Shown here: positions 28,346-38,151 of the stretch, one piece after another | Numbering within the stretch: the stretch's first letter is position 1 | Layout: every line of letters starts with the position of its first letter | NCBI GenBank assembly: GCA_910585545.1 | Contig: CAJUFN010000005.1 | Location: 28,954 to 92,953, forward strand | Reading direction: 5' to 3' | DNA length: 64,000 bases | DNA from: an uncultured Lachnospiraceae bacterium | GTDB lineage: Bacteria > Bacillota > Clostridia > Lachnospirales > Lachnospiraceae | Notes under the pieces: generated by a model | The model's database searches: none | Seen by the model: only the letters and a program-made list of their open reading frames with translations | Told to the model about the DNA's origin: nothing | Program-made: the position numbers and the translations under genes

Positions 28346-28984
28346 CTATTTTTTGAATGAAAGTTTATTTTCGTTTCCTGCGATCAACCGTTTTATATTT
28401 TCACGATGTTTATAAAACGCAAGCACCATAAGCGCTGCAACAATTCCGTAGATTTCATAAACTGCCGGCGCTTCCAATCCAAATCTCCCGGTCTGTCCAT
28501 AAATGATAGTTTCTATCAAAAAAACTGTAACCAGTACGAGAGAACCTAGCGAGACATAACGTGTAATACCCACGATAATGATAAAAACTGCAAACGCAAT
28601 GATTGCAAGCCACACATTCGTCACAAGCAAAAGTCCGGCAGTTGCAGCAATTCCTTTTCCGCCTTTAAACTTCAAGTAAAACGGATAATTATGCCCAAGC
28701 ACTGCTCCAAGCCCCGCATAAGTAGACAAAAGCGCAATCAGGTCGGCATGAGTATTTCCGTAAATCAGATGTACAACCAACGCTGCTGCCACACATTTCA
28801 AACAGTCTCCAAGGAATGTCACAACTCCCGCCTTCCAGCCAAGCGTTCTCAGGGCATTCGTCGTCCCTGCATTCCCACTTCCGTATTTTCTGATATCAAT
28901 ATGATGAAGCTTTCCATAGATATATCCTGTCTGAAAAAGCCCGAATAAATATCCGATTCCTATACTTATGAGCCTTTCTATCAT
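28346..28984 (-). CDS. plsY: Glycerol-3-phosphate acyltransferase PlsY
   Basis: Motifs GSGNAGTTNALR and FKGGKGIA are present in a polytopic protein. The start is at MIERLIS (RBS AAAGGAG, 7-nt spacing). Confidence 0.9.
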   Translation of the reverse strand: MIERLISIGIGYLFGLFQTGYIYGKLHHIDIRKYGSGNAGTTNALRTLGWKAGVVTFLGDCLKCVAAALVVHLIYGNTHADLIALLSTYAGLGAVLGHNYPFYLKFKGGKGIAATAGLLLVTNVWLAIIAFAVFIIIVGITRYVSLGSLVLVTVFLIETIIYGQTGRFGLEAPAVYEIYGIVAALMVLAFYKHRENIKRLIAGNENKLSFKK

Positions 28985-28985
28985 A

Positions 28986-30314
28986 CTAACGCTCCTTTTC
29001 TTTCCTCTCACGAATGAAAAATTTTAACGAAGTTCCCTTGAAACCAAATGCTTCTCTGATTTTATTTTCCAGATACCTTGTATATGAAAAATGCATCAAT
29101 TCTTTATCATTTACAAAAATCACAAAAGTCGGAGGCTTCACAGAAACCTGCGTAATATAATAGAGCTTGAGTCTCTTTCCTTTATCCGACGGCGGCTGCT
29201 GCATCGCAACTGCCTCCATCATTATCTCATTAAGCACGCCCGTTGCCACGCGAAGTGTCTGATTCTCTATGACCATATCAATCATATCATAAAGCTTTGG
29301 CAAACGTTGTCCGGTTTTGGCAGATACATACATAATTTCTGCGTATGGCATATAAGAAAGCACCTGTCTTATCTTCTCCTCATATTCATACATCGTCTTA
29401 TCGTTCTTCTCAATGGCATCCCACTTATTTACTACAATGATGACGCCTTTCCCACGCTCATGTGCAATTCCTGCAATTTTGGCATCCTGTTCGGTTACTC
29501 CTTCTTGTGCATCAATCACCATCAAAACGACATCCGCTCGTTCCACCGCTGTTACAGTACGGATGATACTAAATCTTTCCAACTCTTCTTTGATCTTACT
29601 TTTTCTGCGCAGTCCTGCCGTATCAATAAATACATATTCTTTTCCATTATATTTAATTGCGGTATCAATGGCATCCCGCGTTGTTCCTGCTACATCTGAT
29701 ACAATAACCCTGTTTTCCCCAAGCAGTTTATTAATGATAGAAGACTTTCCGACATTGGGTTTCCCGACAATCGCGATCCTTGGGCGTTCATCCTCTTCCT
29801 CTTCCTTATTGTGTTCCGGGAAATGGCTGCATACCTCATCAAGCATATCGCCGATTCCGAGCCTTGATGCTGCTGAGACGGCAATCGGATCACCAATTCC
29901 AAGATTATAAAATTCATAGACATCCGCCATATATTTTTCAAAACTGTCTACCTTATTCACGACAAGAACAACCGGCTTTGCGGACCTTCTTAACATATCC
30001 GCCACCTTCGCATCTGCGTCTACAAGTCCCTGTCTTACGTCTGTAATAAATATGATCACATCTGCCGTATCAATAGCAATCTGTGCCTGCTCACGCATCT
30101 GTGACAATATAATATCGCGGCTGTCTGGTTCGATACCTCCGGTATCGATCAATGTAAACTGACGGTCAAGCCATGACACCTCCGCATAAATACGATCCCT
30201 TGTAACTCCAGGCGTATCTTTTACGATGGAAACCATCTGCCCTGCCAGTACATTAAACAACGTAGATTTCCCTACATTTGGACGTCCTACGATGGCCACT
30301 ACTGGTTTACTCAT
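28986..30314 (-). CDS. der: Ribosome-biogenesis GTPase Der (EngA)
   Basis: There are two GTPase domains ([12 protein letters not shown] and [12 protein letters not shown]) and a KH-like C-terminus. Confidence 0.93.
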   Translation of the reverse strand: MSKPVVAIVGRPNVGKSTLFNVLAGQMVSIVKDTPGVTRDRIYAEVSWLDRQFTLIDTGGIEPDSRDIILSQMREQAQIAIDTADVIIFITDVRQGLVDADAKVADMLRRSAKPVVLVVNKVDSFEKYMADVYEFYNLGIGDPIAVSAASRLGIGDMLDEVCSHFPEHNKEEEEDERPRIAIVGKPNVGKSSIINKLLGENRVIVSDVAGTTRDAIDTAIKYNGKEYVFIDTAGLRRKSKIKEELERFSIIRTVTAVERADVVLMVIDAQEGVTEQDAKIAGIAHERGKGVIIVVNKWDAIEKNDKTMYEYEEKIRQVLSYMPYAEIMYVSAKTGQRLPKLYDMIDMVIENQTLRVATGVLNEIMMEAVAMQQPPSDKGKRLKLYYITQVSVKPPTFVIFVNDKELMHFSYTRYLENKIREAFGFKGTSLKFFIRERKEKER

Positions 30315-30334
30315 AAATCTATTCTCCTTATTTT

Positions 30335-31645
30335 TTATCTTTTTATAACTGCATCGACAAAATCTTGTCCGCTTGATTTTACAATATCTACCTTCACTTG
30401 TAAAGCCTCTTCCAGTTCTGATTTTGTCACATCATCCAAAAATACCTCTTCTGTATCCCGAAACATATTGCAAGGCAAAAGCAGAGAACTTCCCAGTGGT
30501 TTCCCCTGCAATTGTGTAATAATATCCTGTCCGGTCACAAGACCTGCAACTGTTATCTTCTCTCCGAAAAACTCATTTTTAATACAGTAAAGATGTGCTG
30601 TGAGATTCGGATACTTTTCCTTTAGCCGCTCTAACATTCTTTTAATATACGGATAAGCAAGCTTTGCTGTTGCCAGTGAGATTTCAATCTCCTTTTTGCT
30701 GCCCTTTAGCGCCAAGAAAGCCTCCTCAAATTCATCAAGAAGGAGTCTTATCATCCCCACGCCATTTTCCAACTGTAAATATCCGTCATAACGCGATTCT
30801 TCCGGCAGCTCTTCTTGTGCCAGAAGATACCACTCATCTCCTGCATGTATAAAATGCATTCCGTATTTTTCATAAAAAATATTCTGCCATCTATGAATGA
30901 TAGCAAGAACTTCTTTCGCATCTTCTTTTGTAAACGGCTCCAGCGGATACAGTCCTTCTCTGTATTTCGTAAGTCCTACCGGAACGATCGACACACTTTG
31001 CAGCTGCGGTATATATTCCGCCATCTTCTCTATACTGTATTCTAACTCTGCTTTATCATTGATTCCTTTGCACAGTACAATCTGCCCATTCAGCGTAATA
31101 CCGCCTTCATATAGTCTTTGCAATTTTTTAAGGGCTTCTCCTGCAAAACGATTATGCAGCATCTTGCATCGAAGTTCCGGATTCATCGTATGAATAGACA
31201 CATTGATCGGCTCCAGATGATATCGGATGATCCTGTCAATATCATGATCGCTCATGTTCGTCAATGTGATATAATTTCCCTGCAGAAAAGACAATCTGGA
31301 ATCATCATCTTTAAAATACAATGTTTCCCTCATTCCTTTCGGCATCTGGTCGATAAAACAAAACATGCACTTATTTCTGCAAGAGCGATACTCGTCCATC
31401 AGCCCCTGCTCAAATTCAATTCCTAAATCTTCTTCATAATCCTTCTCTATCTCGAATTCCCATTCTTCTCCATCCGCTTTGCGAACGAGAAGTAAAATTT
31501 CTTCATCATTGACATAATAATGATAATCAAATACGTCTTCAATTTCATTGTCATTAATTGAGACAAGAACGTCTCCTGGTTCAATACCGAGTTCTTCTGC
31601 GATACTGCCTGTTTCTATCTTACTTATTCTATGTTCGTGCTTCAT
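30335..31645 (-). CDS. DUF512 radical-SAM-like protein with N-terminal PDZ domain
   Basis: It has a PDZ-like N-terminus ([19 protein letters not shown]) and a Cys motif CRNKCMFCF. Its position upstream of der is typical for Clostridia. Confidence 0.7.
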   Translation of the reverse strand: MKHEHRISKIETGSIAEELGIEPGDVLVSINDNEIEDVFDYHYYVNDEEILLLVRKADGEEWEFEIEKDYEEDLGIEFEQGLMDEYRSCRNKCMFCFIDQMPKGMRETLYFKDDDSRLSFLQGNYITLTNMSDHDIDRIIRYHLEPINVSIHTMNPELRCKMLHNRFAGEALKKLQRLYEGGITLNGQIVLCKGINDKAELEYSIEKMAEYIPQLQSVSIVPVGLTKYREGLYPLEPFTKEDAKEVLAIIHRWQNIFYEKYGMHFIHAGDEWYLLAQEELPEESRYDGYLQLENGVGMIRLLLDEFEEAFLALKGSKKEIEISLATAKLAYPYIKRMLERLKEKYPNLTAHLYCIKNEFFGEKITVAGLVTGQDIITQLQGKPLGSSLLLPCNMFRDTEEVFLDDVTKSELEEALQVKVDIVKSSGQDFVDAVIKR

Positions 31646-31786
31646 TTTACAGCTCCTTAAGCTTTCTTCTACCTTATCATACTAAATTTCTATGAAAAAT
31701 GCAATTTTTTGCCTTCTATTCTTGTCCTTATCCGCAAAAGGTGATATAACAGATGTAGGACTATTAGAAAATACTAGGAGAAAATC

Positions 31787-32953
31787 ATGGCAAATATCAA
31801 AATATTAGAACAAACTCTGCCAAAAGCACCATTAAAGATCATCGCGCTGGAAAGCTGCAAAGAGCTTGGGCAGAAAGTAAATGACTATATTGTAAAATTT
31901 CGCAAAGAAGCACTAACTGATCCTTCTGCCTCTTTTGCTGACTATAAACATGAAAACTATCTTACCGATCACTCCTGCCCGCGTTTTGGAAGCGGTGAGG
32001 CAAAGGCAACTCTTTTGGAAAGTGTTCGCGGAAAAGATTTATTTATTATCGTAGATGTATGCAATCATAGTCTGACTTACACGGTCAACGGTCATACAAA
32101 TTACATGTCGCCGGATGACCATTATCAGGATTTAAAGCGAGTTATTTCTGCCGCTACCGGAAAGGCAAACCGTATCTCGGTCATTATGCCGTTTTTATAT
32201 GAAAGCAGACAGCACAAACGTACCAAAAGAGAATCTTTGGACTGTGCGCTTGCACTCGAAGAACTGATGAATATGGGTGTGGAAAACATCATTACGTTTG
32301 ACGCACATGATCCTCGCGTTCAGAATGCCATTCCACTAGAAGGCTTCGATAATTTCGGACCACAGTATCAGTTTATGAAAGCACTGCTTCGCAATGTGCC
32401 GGATTTGAAAATCAATAAAGATCACTTAATGATCGTAAGCCCGGATGAAGGCGCTATGCATCGTGCCGTTTATTTTTCCAATGTCCTTGGCGTCGACATG
32501 GGCATGTTCTATAAACGCCGCGACTATTCTACCATTATCAATGGCAAAAATCCAATCGTTGCACATGAATTTTTAGGAGATGACGTGGCTGGAAAAGACG
32601 TTATCATCATCGACGATATGATTGCTTCCGGCGAAAGCATGCTTGATGTTGCCAAGAAATTAAAAGAGCGCAATGCAAACCGTGTGTTTGTATGCACTAC
32701 TTTTGGCCTTTTCACAGAGGGCTTCGCAAAATTTGACGAATACTATGAGAAGGGCTATATTAACAAAGTCATAACGACAAATCTTACTTATCTTCCGCCA
32801 GCTGCTATGGCGAAACCATACTTTGTAGTGGCAGATATGAGTAAATATCTTGCCTTGATCATCGATTCCCTGAATCATGATATGTCTATTGGCGACGTTA
32901 TGGTTCCAACGGAAAAAATCCGTACCTTGCTTGAAAAATATCAGGAAAAATAA
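31787..32953 (+). CDS. prs: Ribose-phosphate diphosphokinase (long-form Prs)
   Basis: Motifs ITFDAHD and the PRPP loop VIIIDDMIASGESM are present. At 388 aa it is longer than the canonical ~315 aa. Confidence 0.8.
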   Translation: MANIKILEQTLPKAPLKIIALESCKELGQKVNDYIVKFRKEALTDPSASFADYKHENYLTDHSCPRFGSGEAKATLLESVRGKDLFIIVDVCNHSLTYTVNGHTNYMSPDDHYQDLKRVISAATGKANRISVIMPFLYESRQHKRTKRESLDCALALEELMNMGVENIITFDAHDPRVQNAIPLEGFDNFGPQYQFMKALLRNVPDLKINKDHLMIVSPDEGAMHRAVYFSNVLGVDMGMFYKRRDYSTIINGKNPIVAHEFLGDDVAGKDVIIIDDMIASGESMLDVAKKLKERNANRVFVCTTFGLFTEGFAKFDEYYEKGYINKVITTNLTYLPPAAMAKPYFVVADMSKYLALIIDSLNHDMSIGDVMVPTEKIRTLLEKYQEK

Positions 32954-32960
32954 ATAAATC

Positions 32961-32993
32961 GAGGACGCAGCTTTTTAACAACGCTGCGTCCTC
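32961..32993. terminator. Bidirectional terminator between convergent prs and aroE
   Basis: The sequence gaggacgcagc-(11 nt)-gctgcgtcctc forms a perfect 11-bp stem and is followed by tgtttcatttt. Confidence 0.7.
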
Positions 32994-33013
32994 TGTTTCA
33001 TTTTCATCTGATT

Positions 33014-33829
33014 CTAAAACAACCTGGATAGCTCTTCGTGTATTGCATTTCCCAGCCGATAATTAATTTCCTGTCCAAACCATATTTCTTCTGAACGGAT
33101 GGCTTGCCCCACCAGCATGGATAGTCCGGTCACAATTTTTAAACCTTCCTCTTTTGCAATATTCAAAAACTCTGTCATAAGCGGATTATACACGATATCC
33201 GCTGCTGCTTTAAAAGTTCTTATTACTTCACGCTCGACGACACTTTCACCTTCATTCGGGTACATGCCTACTGGTGTTGTGTTGATAAGAATATCTCCAA
33301 ACAACTCATCTTCATATGTAAAGCATTTAATATATGGAAAACGTTCCTTTAATTTTTCCGCTTTTTCTATCGTGCGTGCAACTACCGTGATTTTCGCTGC
33401 ACCTCCATTTTTCATGGCATAAATAACCGCACATGCTGCGCCGCCATTTCCAAGGATGACAACATTTTTTCCTTTGACACTTACATTTTGCAGTTCAAAC
33501 ATATAACGGATTCCGATATGGTCACTATTGTATCCGTATGCCTTCCCATCTTTCAAATGAATCGTATTTACTGCACCGATAGCCTTTGCGTCTTCCCCCA
33601 GTTCATCCAGATATGCCATAACCGCTTCCTTATATGGCATCGTTACATTCAATCCCATCAGTTTCTTTTGTTTCATCATCTCTACGACATTACACACTTC
33701 TTCCGGGCAAAGTTCTATCTTTTCATAAGTCCCCTCTATCCCTAACTGCCGATACATATATTTATGGATTTCCGGAGAAAGCGAGTGCTTTAAAGTTTTT
33801 CCAATCACCGCCAAATGCACTGTACTCAT
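33014..33829 (-). CDS. aroE: Shikimate dehydrogenase
   Basis: Motifs SLSPEIH, NVTMPYK and the NAD(P) loop ILGNGGAA are present. Confidence 0.88.
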   Translation of the reverse strand: MSTVHLAVIGKTLKHSLSPEIHKYMYRQLGIEGTYEKIELCPEEVCNVVEMMKQKKLMGLNVTMPYKEAVMAYLDELGEDAKAIGAVNTIHLKDGKAYGYNSDHIGIRYMFELQNVSVKGKNVVILGNGGAACAVIYAMKNGGAAKITVVARTIEKAEKLKERFPYIKCFTYEDELFGDILINTTPVGMYPNEGESVVEREVIRTFKAAADIVYNPLMTEFLNIAKEEGLKIVTGLSMLVGQAIRSEEIWFGQEINYRLGNAIHEELSRLF

Positions 33830-33854
33830 TTTTCAAATCCTTCTTTCTATATCA

Positions 33855-34913
33855 CTATACCATTTCTACTTCATCAAAATACTGAATATCAGCAGGATAA
33901 ATCTCGCTTTCTGAGATTTCCTTTAACAGAATCAAATTCAGGGTATTTTTAAAATTCTTTTTATCCCTGGTAATCGCACTCACCAGGTTCTCCATCGGAA
34001 TATCTGCTTTTAACGGCAATCCATACATCTTTAATATCCTGCCAATCGCTTCTGCGGTTCCTTCTTTGGTGAATCCTTTTTTTTCGGAAATTCTTGTGAT
34101 CTGATACATTCCTTCCGCCACTGCCTCTCCATGGCTTTCTCTTGTATAGTGACAATATTGTTCAATCGCATGCGCTAGGGTATGTCCAAAATTCAACAGC
34201 ATCCGCTCACCTTTATCAAACTGATCTTTTTCCACGATGTCTCGTTTGATATTCACACATCGATAAATAACGGTTGTCATATGTTCTTTCAGATTTTCAT
34301 AAGAGCCACTTTGTTCTAAAAGTTCAAACAACTCCTTGTCTTTGATGCATCCATATTTGATAACTTCTCCCATCCCATCTTTCAAATAACGCTTGGGTAA
34401 AGTTTCCAATACATTCGGATCGATCAATACCATTTTCGGCTGATAAAACGCCCCTACAAGATTCTTTCCTTCCGGCAAATCTACCGCAACCTTTCCCCCT
34501 ATAGAGGAATCTACCTGTGCGAGTAAGGAAGTAGGAATCTGTATAAATGGAATTCCTCTTAAATACGTTGCAGCCACAAATCCTGCCAGATCTCCAACCA
34601 CACCGCCGCCAAGTGCGATAATCAAATCACTTCTTGTGATACCTGCTTTTAACAATGCGCTATAAATGCCCGAAAGCATCTGAAAATTTTTAGACTGCTC
34701 TCCATGCGGAATGATATAGCTTCCGCAATCATACGATCCATTCAGCTGACTCTCGATACATTCGCCATAAAGTGCATAAACCCTGTCATCAGAAATAATA
34801 AAAATCTTTTTCCCATTGAATTTCTCCTTTATATGGCACTCTACCTTATTCAAAATTCCTCTTTCAATATAAATTGGATAGCTTAAAGCCCCAAGCTCGA
34901 CCATCATTTCCAT
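33855..34913 (-). CDS. aroB: 3-dehydroquinate synthase
   Basis: Motifs LGGGVVGDLAGFVAATYLRGIPFIQIPT and NFGHTLAHA are present. Confidence 0.9.
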   Translation of the reverse strand: MEMMVELGALSYPIYIERGILNKVECHIKEKFNGKKIFIISDDRVYALYGECIESQLNGSYDCGSYIIPHGEQSKNFQMLSGIYSALLKAGITRSDLIIALGGGVVGDLAGFVAATYLRGIPFIQIPTSLLAQVDSSIGGKVAVDLPEGKNLVGAFYQPKMVLIDPNVLETLPKRYLKDGMGEVIKYGCIKDKELFELLEQSGSYENLKEHMTTVIYRCVNIKRDIVEKDQFDKGERMLLNFGHTLAHAIEQYCHYTRESHGEAVAEGMYQITRISEKKGFTKEGTAEAIGRILKMYGLPLKADIPMENLVSAITRDKKNFKNTLNLILLKEISESEIYPADIQYFDEVEMV

Positions 34914-34942
34914 TAAATCTCTCCCATCAAGACAAGTAGTTC

Positions 34943-35959
34943 TTACCTAAGTTTCTTTCCTACTACCGGTGCGATTGTCCCTATCGTCTGCAAAAGCATA
35001 TCATATTTTTCTGGTTTTAATGACTGTGCCCCATCACACAAAGCGCAAGACGGGTCGTTATGAACCTCTACCATCAAGCCATCTGCTCCTGCTGCAACTG
35101 CTGCTTTTGCCATTGGCTCTACCAGCCACCATTTGCCTCCGGCATGACTTGGATCAATAATGATTGGCAGATGTGTCAACGTCTTGATAACCGGAATCGC
35201 CTGAAGATCCAGCGTATTTCTTGTATAAGATTCAAATGTACGTACACCGCGCTCACAAAGAATTACATTTTCATTTCCCGCTGCCATAATATATTCTGCT
35301 GCCATGATCCATTCTTCATAAGTCGCATTCAATCCTCTCTTTAAGAGAATCGGTTTTTTCGTCTGTCCAAGGTGTTTTAATAAATCAAAGTTCTGCATAT
35401 TTCTTGCCCCGATCTGAATCAAATCAACCTTATCGTCAAATACCTCCAGATGTTCCAATGCCAATAACTCCGACACAATCGGAAGCCCTGTTTCTTCTCT
35501 TGCCGCACACAGGATTTCCAGACCATCCATGCCCATTCCCTGGAACGCATATGGGCTCGTACGCGGTTTAAATGCTCCGCCTCTGAGAAGATTCGCACCG
35601 GATGCCTTAACCGCCTTTGCAATCTCTATCACCTGTTCTTCAGACTCTACCGAACAAGGTCCGGCGATCATTGCCAAATGTTCGCCGCCAACTAAAACAC
35701 CGCTCACATTAACTACCGAATCTTCCGGATGAAATGCACGGTTTGCCAACTTATATGGTTCCTGTACATGCATAACTTTATCTACACATGGATCCACCTC
35801 AAATAATTTTGAATCAATTCTGGTTGTATCGCCGATACATCCGATAATCGTCATCTCTTCTCCGATAACAGTATGCGGCTGCATTCCCTTCTTTTGAATC
35901 ATCGCCTCCATACGTGCCACGTTTTCTTTGCTTGTTCTTGGTTTTAATACAATAATCAT
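34943..35959 (-). CDS. aroF: 3-deoxy-7-phosphoheptulonate (DAHP) synthase, type I-beta with N-terminal regulatory domain
   Basis: The core is KDO8P/DAHP-I-beta-like (IAGPCSVESEEQ, GANLLRGGAFKPRTSPY, DPSH). The N-terminus is about 75 aa and ferredoxin/ACT-like. Confidence 0.88.
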   Translation of the reverse strand: MIIVLKPRTSKENVARMEAMIQKKGMQPHTVIGEEMTIIGCIGDTTRIDSKLFEVDPCVDKVMHVQEPYKLANRAFHPEDSVVNVSGVLVGGEHLAMIAGPCSVESEEQVIEIAKAVKASGANLLRGGAFKPRTSPYAFQGMGMDGLEILCAAREETGLPIVSELLALEHLEVFDDKVDLIQIGARNMQNFDLLKHLGQTKKPILLKRGLNATYEEWIMAAEYIMAAGNENVILCERGVRTFESYTRNTLDLQAIPVIKTLTHLPIIIDPSHAGGKWWLVEPMAKAAVAAGADGLMVEVHNDPSCALCDGAQSLKPEKYDMLLQTIGTIAPVVGKKLR

Positions 35960-36020
35960 ACAATCGTCCTCCCATATTAAACTTTTTTACAGAAACAAAT
36001 TTTCCTAATAAATCCTAATA

Positions 36021-36297
36021 AATTAAGAAAGCTTCCATCCTTATAGAAACTATAAGGATGAAAGCCAAGACTTCCATGATCCCACCTTACTTCACAAATA
36101 CTTCACAGTATCTGCCTCACTAAGTACACCGGATAATCCGTTTATACTCTTGCATGTTAACGGTTGCTGCCGGAGATGCCTACTTTCGTTTCAGCATTCT
36201 ACTCCAAGAGGAATTCTATATCTTGTAACATGTCCTGATCCCACCATCCAAGACTCTCTGTATTGTACAATCCGATATATACTATTTCTTTTCATCG
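36021..36297 (-). promoter_or_regulatory. T-box riboswitch leader of aroF-aroB-aroE (specifier candidate UUC, Phe)
   Basis: On the minus strand the elements are, in order: a K-turn start CGAUGAAAAGAAAUAGUA; an upper helix UAUAUC/GAUAUA; the AG bulge AGAGAG; the distal loop GAUGGUGGGAU; the specifier loop GAA-UUC-C (UUC = 36213-36211); and the T-box/antiterminator AAGG-UGGGAUC-AUGGAAG...CUUUCAU-CCUU. A mutually exclusive perfect 16-bp terminator lies at 36031-36065, followed by UUUCUUAAUUU. Confidence 0.8.
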
Positions 36298-36329
36298 TAT
36301 TTTTAGTAGATGTATTCAATTCGTTTTTT

Positions 36330-36358
36330 ATATTAACTCTTTTTTTCCTATCTGTCAA
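36330..36358 (-). promoter_or_regulatory. Sigma-A promoter driving the T-box leader and aro operon
   Basis: The minus strand reads TTGACA, a 17-nt spacer, then TAATAT, about 30 nt upstream of the K-turn GAUGA. Confidence 0.65.
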
Positions 36359-36402
36359 TCACTTTTTCGCTTTAAAGCAAAAAATTATTTTTTAACTATT
36401 CT

Positions 36403-37992
36403 TTATTCTTTCCAGAACTCTGAATAAACGCCGCCCTTTTCCATGTTAATATTTCTGGACTGCGCCAATTCTGATACTGTCACAAGCTGATATCCTGCTG
36501 CCTGCAATTTAGGAATCAATTGGATTGCCGCATCGACAGATTGCGTATGAATATCGTGCATCAGGATAATATCCCCATCGCCAACGTTATTCATAACTGT
36601 AGAAATAGTGGATTCCGCATTCCTTGTCTTCCAGTCTAACGTATCGATAGACCACATGATAAGCGGATTCTGTACGGTCGATTTCACCGTATCATTCTTC
36701 TCTCCCCAAGGCGGACGTATCACAGTCGCTCCTCGTCCGATAATATCTGCCAGGAGTTGATCCACTGTACCTATTTCGTTATTGATTCCTGCAGCATCGA
36801 GCTTTGTCAGGTTGGCATGCGTATTCGTATGATTCCCAATCTCACAGCCAATTTCTTCCATCTTCTTTATTGCATCGGGATAATTCGGAATATTGCTTCC
36901 AACCATGAAAAAAGTTGCTCTTGCTCCATATTCTTCAAACGCTTCCAAAAGCTCCATGGTACGTTTTCCCGGACCATCGTCAAATGTCAGCGCTACCATC
37001 GGTTTACTTGGATCAATACTGCTTTCTTCGGATTCCAGTTTACCATCTTCGGCAAATACACATTTCTTAATGCCGACTTGTTGTTCTCCGGTCAGCATCT
37101 TACCATCTTTGTCAAAGCAGTATTTATTCCCGTCTAATTCCAGCCAGCTTACATGTGCCTTTCCTTCTTCTCCGAAATAGTATGTTGCATCTTCGATTTT
37201 CTGCCAGCCAGTCAGCATTTTCCCTTCTTCGTCAAAATAGTATTTGTATGATTCGATCTCCTGCCAGCCGATCACTTTCTTTTCATCTTCTCCAAAATAA
37301 TATGTACTTCCTTTGGACTGCATAAAGTTACTTTTCACATAGGTTCCATCATATAATTTAAATTTATCTTCTTCCCATGTCCCATATTTATTCTGAACTA
37401 CTAATTTTCCTTCTTTCACGGAAACATTGACGCGCTTCATATATTTGCGTTCTAGTTTTTTCTTCATGTCTTCCGTTAAATTTATCTTAATATCAAATTC
37501 GCCTTCTACAGTTCCATCTGCTTTGCAAACTACTTCATAACCTTTTCCTGATTCCAGTTCTTCTACAAAGTCCGCAACCGTATAATTGTGCTTTCTGTCC
37601 AATACTTTCTTTAATACCTTTTCCTTTTTTCCTCCGACTTGTACTTCTGCTGTCAAAGAAGGGACTTCCTGTTCTTGCTTCATCTCAAGTTCGGCTGCTT
37701 TGAGCACGATATCTATAGGACTTGCATTTCTCATTGCCGCTGCCGTAAAAAATATAACAGAAGCAAAAATGATCAAAACAGAAAAAAGAGTAACATATCT
37801 TCGGACCAGACGTCTCTTTCTCTTTCTTCGATGTGCTGCATTCCTTCTGCCTGTCGAACGTCTATCCCCCGCCGCTTGCGCACTTCGTGCAACACTTGAA
37901 GCCTTTGTATTATGTACAGCGCTTGTACTACGTGTACCACTCGTACTTCTTCTCGTTTGGCTTTTTGTGCCAGTAGTTCTTTCTTCCTTCAT
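36403..37992 (-). CDS. Polysaccharide (peptidoglycan) deacetylase, CE4, with cell-wall-binding repeats and a basic N-terminal tail
   Basis: CE4 motifs are present (VALTFDDGP, H..TH, RPPWG, ILMHD). There are 4 copies of a YYF(G/D)E(E/D)GK...GWQ-type choline/glucan-binding repeat. The N-terminal ~65 aa are Arg/Ser/Thr-rich and are followed by a TM helix. Confidence 0.85.
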   Translation of the reverse strand: MKEERTTGTKSQTRRSTSGTRSTSAVHNTKASSVARSAQAAGDRRSTGRRNAAHRRKRKRRLVRRYVTLFSVLIIFASVIFFTAAAMRNASPIDIVLKAAELEMKQEQEVPSLTAEVQVGGKKEKVLKKVLDRKHNYTVADFVEELESGKGYEVVCKADGTVEGEFDIKINLTEDMKKKLERKYMKRVNVSVKEGKLVVQNKYGTWEEDKFKLYDGTYVKSNFMQSKGSTYYFGEDEKKVIGWQEIESYKYYFDEEGKMLTGWQKIEDATYYFGEEGKAHVSWLELDGNKYCFDKDGKMLTGEQQVGIKKCVFAEDGKLESEESSIDPSKPMVALTFDDGPGKRTMELLEAFEEYGARATFFMVGSNIPNYPDAIKKMEEIGCEIGNHTNTHANLTKLDAAGINNEIGTVDQLLADIIGRGATVIRPPWGEKNDTVKSTVQNPLIMWSIDTLDWKTRNAESTISTVMNNVGDGDIILMHDIHTQSVDAAIQLIPKLQAAGYQLVTVSELAQSRNINMEKGGVYSEFWKE

Positions 37993-38098
37993 ATTTCTCC
38001 CTTTCGTACTATTTTGCTACAAAATGTAGCTCCCCCAACATTATTGTATCTTTTGATATTATATCTTGCATTTTATTGCTTAGCAATACGAAATCGGC

Positions 38099-38135
38099 AA
38101 AAAAAAGAAGAAATCCCAACTTTAAGGATTTCTTC
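38099..38135 (-). terminator. ilvB operon intrinsic terminator
   Basis: The minus strand reads GAAGAAAUCC-UUAAAGUUG-GGAUUUCUUC followed by U8. Confidence 0.75.
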
Positions 38136-38151
38136 ATAATTCACCATTTTT

